DNA of 20,000 nt from the IMG/VR virus record IMGVR_UViG_3300042356_001581. One strand, written 5' to 3'. The DNA is from an uncultured virus (IMG/VR IMGVR_UViG_3300042356_001581). Taxonomy: Duplodnaviria > Heunggongvirae > Uroviricota > Caudoviricetes. This document shows, one piece after another, positions 15,770-20,000 of the stretch. Below the pieces are notes generated by a model. That model saw nothing but the letters and a program-made list of their open reading frames with translations, did no database searches and was not told where the DNA came from. Numbering within the stretch: position 1 is the stretch's first letter; each line of letters starts with the position of its first letter. The position numbers were made by a program, and so were the translations under genes.

Positions 15770-15777
15770 CAAATATA
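15770..15777 (-). promoter_or_regulatory. Bacteroidota -7 promoter element TATATTTG
   Basis: TAnnTTTG match 25 bp upstream of ATG 15745; the leader AAAAAAACACTATG is shared with the gene starting at 446. Confidence 0.6.
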
Positions 15778-15830
15778 GTATTATTATTTAAAATAATTAT
15801 TATTTTAAATAATAATATTAATTTTTAATC

Positions 15831-16124
15831 TTAACCCTCTTTTTGTTTATATTTTTCAGGAACTATGTCGTTGTGATGATGAAACAAAGAAGCCCAAACC
15901 AAACTATTTGCTATGGTTATGGTTCTTGCTAAATATTCTTGATTTATTGCCTTTTCAAGCAAACCAATCAAGTAATCAAAATTAGCTTCCAAGTCTTCGC
16001 ACAATTCTAAAATGGTCTTTACATTGTAATTTATAAATTGCTCGTCAAAAAGCAATGAATTAGGCTCTCTATTCATACAGTAAATCAAAACTTGTTCGTT
16101 GTGATATTTCGGCTTTTTAGTCAT
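15831..16124 (-). CDS. Hypothetical protein
   Basis: 97 aa ORF in operon packing. Confidence 0.65.
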   Translation of the reverse strand: MTKKPKYHNEQVLIYCMNREPNSLLFDEQFINYNVKTILELCEDLEANFDYLIGLLEKAINQEYLARTITIANSLVWASLFHHHNDIVPEKYKQKEG

Positions 16125-16128
16125 TTGA

Positions 16129-16638
16129 TTATTTGTTAGGTGAACCTATTTCTTTTAATGCGGTTTCGGTAAGTTTTATTGAGTCAAACTTTGCTAAAGA
16201 TTCGATATTAGTTAATCCTGAACTTAACCCCCAAGTTTGAGTAATCTTGTCAAGCCAGAACAAATGAATTAAACCCGAAACATCTGAAATTGATTTTGAG
16301 TAAGCAATTCCATTATTTACATCAACAACCTTAAAATCTTTAATTAAAACACGTTCTTTTGCTTCGTTGTATTTTTCTAAATTATACAACCAATCTTTTG
16401 CGTTTTGCTCTTCAGTACAATCTGCGTAATGTTCTTGCAATGGCTCTTCTAAAAAATTACCGAATTCATCGCAAGGAACAACCATTCCAATTTCAATATC
16501 TTTAAGTAAGAAGTCTGCATATTTTTGAATCAAATAAAATCTTCTTGTTCGGTCTGATTGCTGATGACCGATTGACTGAATTTCCATTCCAATATTTCCT
16601 AGCTTCTTTACGAAGCTAATCATAGGTATTAATTTCAT
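16129..16638 (-). CDS. Hypothetical phage protein, paralog of 16635..17159
   Basis: Shared KYA..L......M.VPC...G...E.P block. Confidence 0.75.
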   Translation of the reverse strand: MKLIPMISFVKKLGNIGMEIQSIGHQQSDRTRRFYLIQKYADFLLKDIEIGMVVPCDEFGNFLEEPLQEHYADCTEEQNAKDWLYNLEKYNEAKERVLIKDFKVVDVNNGIAYSKSISDVSGLIHLFWLDKITQTWGLSSGLTNIESLAKFDSIKLTETALKEIGSPNK

Positions 16639-17159
16639 AATCGTATTTGTTTTTTAAAGTTGTCGGTTAGTTTAAATTCGACACCTGTTTTTAATAAATC
16701 TTCAATAGTATTAATAGGCGTTTGAATATTTTTAATTGCTTCAATAAACATCGCAGGTTTACCATCACGAAAGTATATTACATTATCTTCAAAAATAACC
16801 TCGTTTCTAATTCCTGTTTCAACTCCTGAAAGACTATTGATAAAAAATCCCCAACCTTGAAATAAAACCGTATTACAGGCTTCTTCATATTCTGAATTTT
16901 GACCATAACAACCCTCGATACTGCATTTACCTCCTATACAATAATCAATAGGACTGCAAGACTTTTTACAAGGTTTTGGCTTTTCCATAATATCTCCATT
17001 TGACTGACAAGGAACAAACATATTTTTTTTAATTGGTTGCTTTAATATTTTAGCATATTTAACAACTCTGTCAATGTATAAGCTTTCGGTTATTTGGTCT
17101 GTAAATAACAAATCAAATTGTTTAATATTAAAATCCGTTGTGCTAATTAAATTTTCCAT
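16635..17159 (-). CDS. Hypothetical phage protein, paralog of 16129..16638
   Basis: Same blocks plus a Cys-rich insert; 4 bp ATGA overlap with the downstream gene. Confidence 0.75.
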   Translation of the reverse strand: MENLISTTDFNIKQFDLLFTDQITESLYIDRVVKYAKILKQPIKKNMFVPCQSNGDIMEKPKPCKKSCSPIDYCIGGKCSIEGCYGQNSEYEEACNTVLFQGWGFFINSLSGVETGIRNEVIFEDNVIYFRDGKPAMFIEAIKNIQTPINTIEDLLKTGVEFKLTDNFKKQIRL

Positions 17160-17162
17160 AAT

Positions 17163-17468
17163 TTACTTTATTGATTTTCCTCGCTTATTCATAGAAGCGT
17201 AGGGGATTAATTTATCGGTGTTATTTTGTTCTACAAATTGCACAACATTTAATCGCTCTGCAATACGAATCATTTGTGATTGATGACCGAGTTTATCGAA
17301 GAAAGTTTTACATACAATTTCCTCACCGTTTATTGATGCTTTGTGGCAAACAAAATAACTTTGTTTTTCGGCGATTTCATTTAATAAATCTTTCGCTCTT
17401 TTTGGACTAACTATTCGGTCTTTTGACAATAGACAGTTATGACAACATTCTTTATAAACTTTTAGCAT
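17163..17468 (-). CDS. Cys/His-containing hypothetical phage protein
   Basis: CCHNC...F.CHK...C pattern; ATG 17468 avoids overlap with the upstream gene. Confidence 0.65.
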   Translation of the reverse strand: MLKVYKECCHNCLLSKDRIVSPKRAKDLLNEIAEKQSYFVCHKASINGEEIVCKTFFDKLGHQSQMIRIAERLNVVQFVEQNNTDKLIPYASMNKRGKSIK

Positions 17469-17484
17469 AAATTTACGATTAATA

Positions 17485-17679
17485 TTAATTAGAAATAACC
17501 CCGTATTGTTCGGCAAAACTACCGCCTTTTTTTATCAGAAAAACAAACTCTTCGTAAGTCAAATTTACACCGCCACACATACGCATTGCTAACTTGTGCC
17601 AACCACTAACATCGTCCATTCTTTTCAAGTAGTTTTCGTAAAGTTTTTTAAGTTCTTTTTTTGTTTTTAATTTAGCCAT
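17485..17679 (-). CDS. Hypothetical protein
   Basis: 64 aa ORF with A-rich start context. Confidence 0.6.
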   Translation of the reverse strand: MAKLKTKKELKKLYENYLKRMDDVSGWHKLAMRMCGGVNLTYEEFVFLIKKGGSFAEQYGVISN

Positions 17680-17704
17680 TTTCTTTTTTAAATTTTTCTT
17701 ATAA

Positions 17705-17926
17705 TTACTTATAACTTTTTATTATTTCCGTGATACTTTTTTTATCGACAGGCATAGCGTGTACACCTCCGATAAAAGGGTCGGAATCATAAAACTGCAT
17801 TTTACCGTTTGGGTCGTAATCAACAAAGCCATTAATACGGTTATGTTGATTCATAATTTGCAATACTCTTTCCCAATCTTTTTTTTCTATAGGAGGAAAT
17901 AAATTTTTATCCGTTGATTGTTCCAT
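17705..17926 (-). CDS. Hypothetical protein
   Basis: 73 aa ORF in operon packing. Confidence 0.6.
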   Translation of the reverse strand: MEQSTDKNLFPPIEKKDWERVLQIMNQHNRINGFVDYDPNGKMQFYDSDPFIGGVHAMPVDKKSITEIIKSYK

Positions 17927-17928
17927 AA

Positions 17929-18603
17929 TTATTCAAAACTAATTGCTTGTAATTCTTCTAACTTTTCTTGAATCCATTCCGATAGTAATTCTTGACGTTT
18001 TTCTTCAATGAAATTTTCGGCATCATCTTCCCATCCATCAATATCAGTATTTAAACTTTGTTCATCGGCAATAGCCTGTTTAAGTTCTTCTTCGTCTTGT
18101 TCTTCGTAATCGAAATCAATACTTTCAATTTCGCTAATAGCACTTTCAAGAGAATCAACTCTTTCTTGAAGCAAATCTGCCGTTGGAGAATACTGTAAAT
18201 TTTCTGGCATATTATCATAAGATTCCTGCGTAGTATCTCGCAAGTCTTCCAACTCTTCTTTTATGCTTTCAGCGAAATCATTTAATTCCTCTGATGAATC
18301 GGTTGAAAAATCTTCGATTTGCTCTGCGATTGAATACAAAGTGGAATAGTATGCGCTTTGAGTTAATTCCGATGCTCTCGGACGAGTTTTACCGTATTGT
18401 TTTGGAGAATTTTGGAATTGCCACCAATAATAACTTTCGCCCCTTGCTATAAAAATAGTATCGGTATCATCTCTCGGAATTGTTCTATCGGTTTTAGATA
18501 AAGTTTGCCCTTGTCTTTTACCTTTTTTGCTAACGTACTCTACTCGCTTTCCGTAATTGAAAATGTCTTTCTGTGCTTTGTTTACAAAATTTGCTCTTGC
18601 CAT
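17929..18603 (-). CDS. Hypothetical phage protein (basic N-terminus, acidic helical C-terminus)
   Basis: 224 aa; GESYYWW and NMPENLQ motifs. Confidence 0.75.
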   Translation of the reverse strand: MARANFVNKAQKDIFNYGKRVEYVSKKGKRQGQTLSKTDRTIPRDDTDTIFIARGESYYWWQFQNSPKQYGKTRPRASELTQSAYYSTLYSIAEQIEDFSTDSSEELNDFAESIKEELEDLRDTTQESYDNMPENLQYSPTADLLQERVDSLESAISEIESIDFDYEEQDEEELKQAIADEQSLNTDIDGWEDDAENFIEEKRQELLSEWIQEKLEELQAISFE

Positions 18604-18611
18604 TTTATTTA

Positions 18612-18854
18612 TTATTTATTATCTATTATAAATTTTACATTAAATATTTCTTTTACTTCTCTGAATTTTTTCACCCCGTTATAACTCATTTTATTTTCTT
18701 TTGCGTAATCTGGTATAGTTTTTAAATTAAGACACTTTCCACATTGTTCAATAAATTGCACTAAGTCGTTATTCGTAAAATTACCATCGTACATTTTATC
18801 ATCTAAAAAAGACAATAATTTTTGTCCGTTGCTTGATATTATTGGCTTTTCCAT
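18612..18854 (-). CDS. Small hypothetical protein, possible HTH
   Basis: TIPDYAKENKMSYNGVKK; ATG at 18854. Confidence 0.6.
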   Translation of the reverse strand: MEKPIISSNGQKLLSFLDDKMYDGNFTNNDLVQFIEQCGKCLNLKTIPDYAKENKMSYNGVKKFREVKEIFNVKFIIDNK

Positions 18855-18889
18855 TTGGTTCAATTTATTGAATGGTGCTTAGTAAATAG

Positions 18890-19090
18890 TTATGCAACAG
18901 TTTGCGAAAGAGTAAACCGAGTAAATTTTGTTTCTAAATCTTCTTCAGTTGTGTATTTAAAATTTATAGAATCTAGTAATTTTTTAAAGTTTTCGGCATC
19001 AGAAGACAATAAGCGAATAGTCTTTTTTTCTTGGAATAGCTCAAGCGTTTTACCCCAGCTTGGATTTGGTATTATAGTTGTGATTTTCAT
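18890..19090 (-). CDS. Cassette 19: hypothetical protein
   Basis: 66 aa; stop codon is the TTA of the core. Confidence 0.6.
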   Translation of the reverse strand: MKITTIIPNPSWGKTLELFQEKKTIRLLSSDAENFKKLLDSINFKYTTEEDLETKFTRFTLSQTVA

Positions 19091-19124
19091 TTCGTTTACG
19101 TTTACGTTTAAAAAACCGATTGCA

Positions 19125-19251
19125 TAACAATATATTGTAGCAATTAAGGCTTTGGTTATTAATTTATTTATGTTCTTGTACTTGGTTTTATTGGGTCTTT
19201 AATCGAAGCATAAGGCTTTCTTATCCTTAACTGCTACAATAATGAACGTTA
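19125..19251 (+). repeat. Hairpin site A19
   Basis: TAAC-aatatattgtagcaattaagg ... ccttaactgctacaata-atgaac-GTTA. Confidence 0.85.
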
Positions 19252-19263
19252 GAGGTAATTTGT

Positions 19264-19485
19264 TTACGCATCTAACCACCTTTCAATTTCATTTGGTTTA
19301 TATGTTTTACCTGCAAGTGCTACCCAAAATTGGTTATGTTTATTAAATTTTAATGGTTGTCTAACCCCATCAGCATAACATATAAACCAAAGATTTTCGG
19401 TAGGTGTTCTATCGTCACCATTAACCCACAAACTACCGCTAACAGCAGGTTTATTCAATGCGGATTTTTCGTTATTATTGTTCAT
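19264..19485 (-). CDS. Cassette 20: hypothetical protein
   Basis: 73 aa; start in hairpin A20. Confidence 0.65.
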   Translation of the reverse strand: MNNNNEKSALNKPAVSGSLWVNGDDRTPTENLWFICYADGVRQPLKFNKHNQFWVALAGKTYKPNEIERWLDA

Positions 19486-19564
19486 TTCTGCTTCTATTTA
19501 ATTTTTTTATTAGTTTGAAATATTGTGCTTCTAAGTCCACACTAAATAAACCTGCGAACCGTTA
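19440..19564 (+). repeat. Hairpin site A20
   Basis: TAAC-agcaggtttattcaatgcgga ... tccacactaaataaacctgc-gaacc-GTTA. Confidence 0.88.
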
Positions 19565-19573
19565 GCAGTAATA

Positions 19574-20000
19574 CTACATTCCATCTACGAATGAAGTTAC
19601 TACGTTAAATTCTTTTTCTTTTCTTTTTTCTTCCACCCTCTTTTTTGAAGTATTGAAATAGTTTTCATCTAATTCAATACCAATGAAATTACGTTTTGTA
19701 TTCATACAGGCAATTCCAGTTGAGCAACTACCCATAGTCAAATCAACAACTAAATTACCCTCGTTGCTGAAAGTCTTTATCAAATCTTCTAAAAGCAATA
19801 TCGGTTTTTGTGTTGGGTGTAATCCATCATAATCTTTTTTGTATTCCAAAACATTGCTTTTAAACTTACCACCTTCCCATAAGTTGAATGTTGCTCTATA
19901 TTTTAAATCCATTTTTTCTATTTCATCAAATGGTTTCAAAAAATAACCAGTAATGCTTAATTTTTCATAATGTTTTTTTATTGGAAAAGCCCATTGCTTT
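19574..20000 (-). CDS. Cassette 21: DNA methyltransferase, C-terminal part (5' end outside the window)
   Basis: Frame open to the window edge; HPTQKP, VDLTMGSCST, FIGIELD. Confidence 0.88.
   Translation of the reverse strand, partial: KQWAFPIKKHYEKLSITGYFLKPFDEIEKMDLKYRATFNLWEGGKFKSNVLEYKKDYDGLHPTQKPILLLEDLIKTFSNEGNLVVDLTMGSCSTGIACMNTKRNFIGIELDENYFNTSKKRVEEKRKEKEFNVVTSFVDGM

Larger units (their letters stand above)
18889..20000 (+). mobile_element. Cassette array 2 (continues beyond the window)
   Basis: Same GTTA...TAAC cassette / TAAC...GTTA hairpin alternation as array 1. Confidence 0.8.

Noticed and set aside
15746..15772. ORF-track TTG start of the ATPase (similarly the upstream starts at 11967, 17516, 18863)
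   Set aside because: These overlap a promoter, a site or a neighbouring gene, or are non-ATG starts with a nearby in-frame ATG in better A-rich context.
19093..19110. CGTTTA x3 tandem repeat
   Set aside because: Short, single occurrence, with no support for a function.
448..19127. All plus-strand ORFs in the track (e.g. 2569..3087, 3709..4272, 9781..10062, 13854..14207, 18855..19127)
   Set aside because: Antisense shadows of better minus-strand genes; F/S/I-rich composition and no recognisable motifs.
1..20000. Integrase or recombinase gene for the arrays
   Set aside because: No ORF shows the tyrosine recombinase R...HxxR...Y signature, or serine recombinase, HUH or reverse transcriptase motifs.

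Overview
AT-rich window of densely packed, mostly small genes all on the minus strand. It is most consistent with the early/accessory region of a Bacteroidota (Flavobacteriales-like) phage or prophage: TAnnTTTG promoters, A-rich start contexts without Shine-Dalgarno, DEDDh exonuclease, DUF932-like protein, AAA ATPase, PTP-type phosphatase and four orphan DNA methyltransferases. The main unexplained structure is two arrays of one-gene cassettes: 5538-~13990 (18 cassettes) and 18889-end (at least 3). On the + strand each cassette starts with GTTA and ends with TAAC, and is bounded by its own private ~14-20 bp inverted repeat. Cassettes are separated by 48-208 bp imperfect hairpins (TAAC...GTTA, mostly ~120-130 bp). 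Each junction reads as an 11 bp arm / 6 or ~10 bp spacer / 11 bp arm site resembling tyrosine-recombinase (attC- or dif-like) sites, with a near-invariant A.C mismatch that becomes a G.T wobble on the minus strand. Cassette genes run antisense to the inferred array polarity, and 10 of them start inside the hairpin, so the putative recombination site encodes their translation start and N-terminus. No recombinase is encoded in the window, so mobility is inferred, not shown, and novelty could not be checked against databases.
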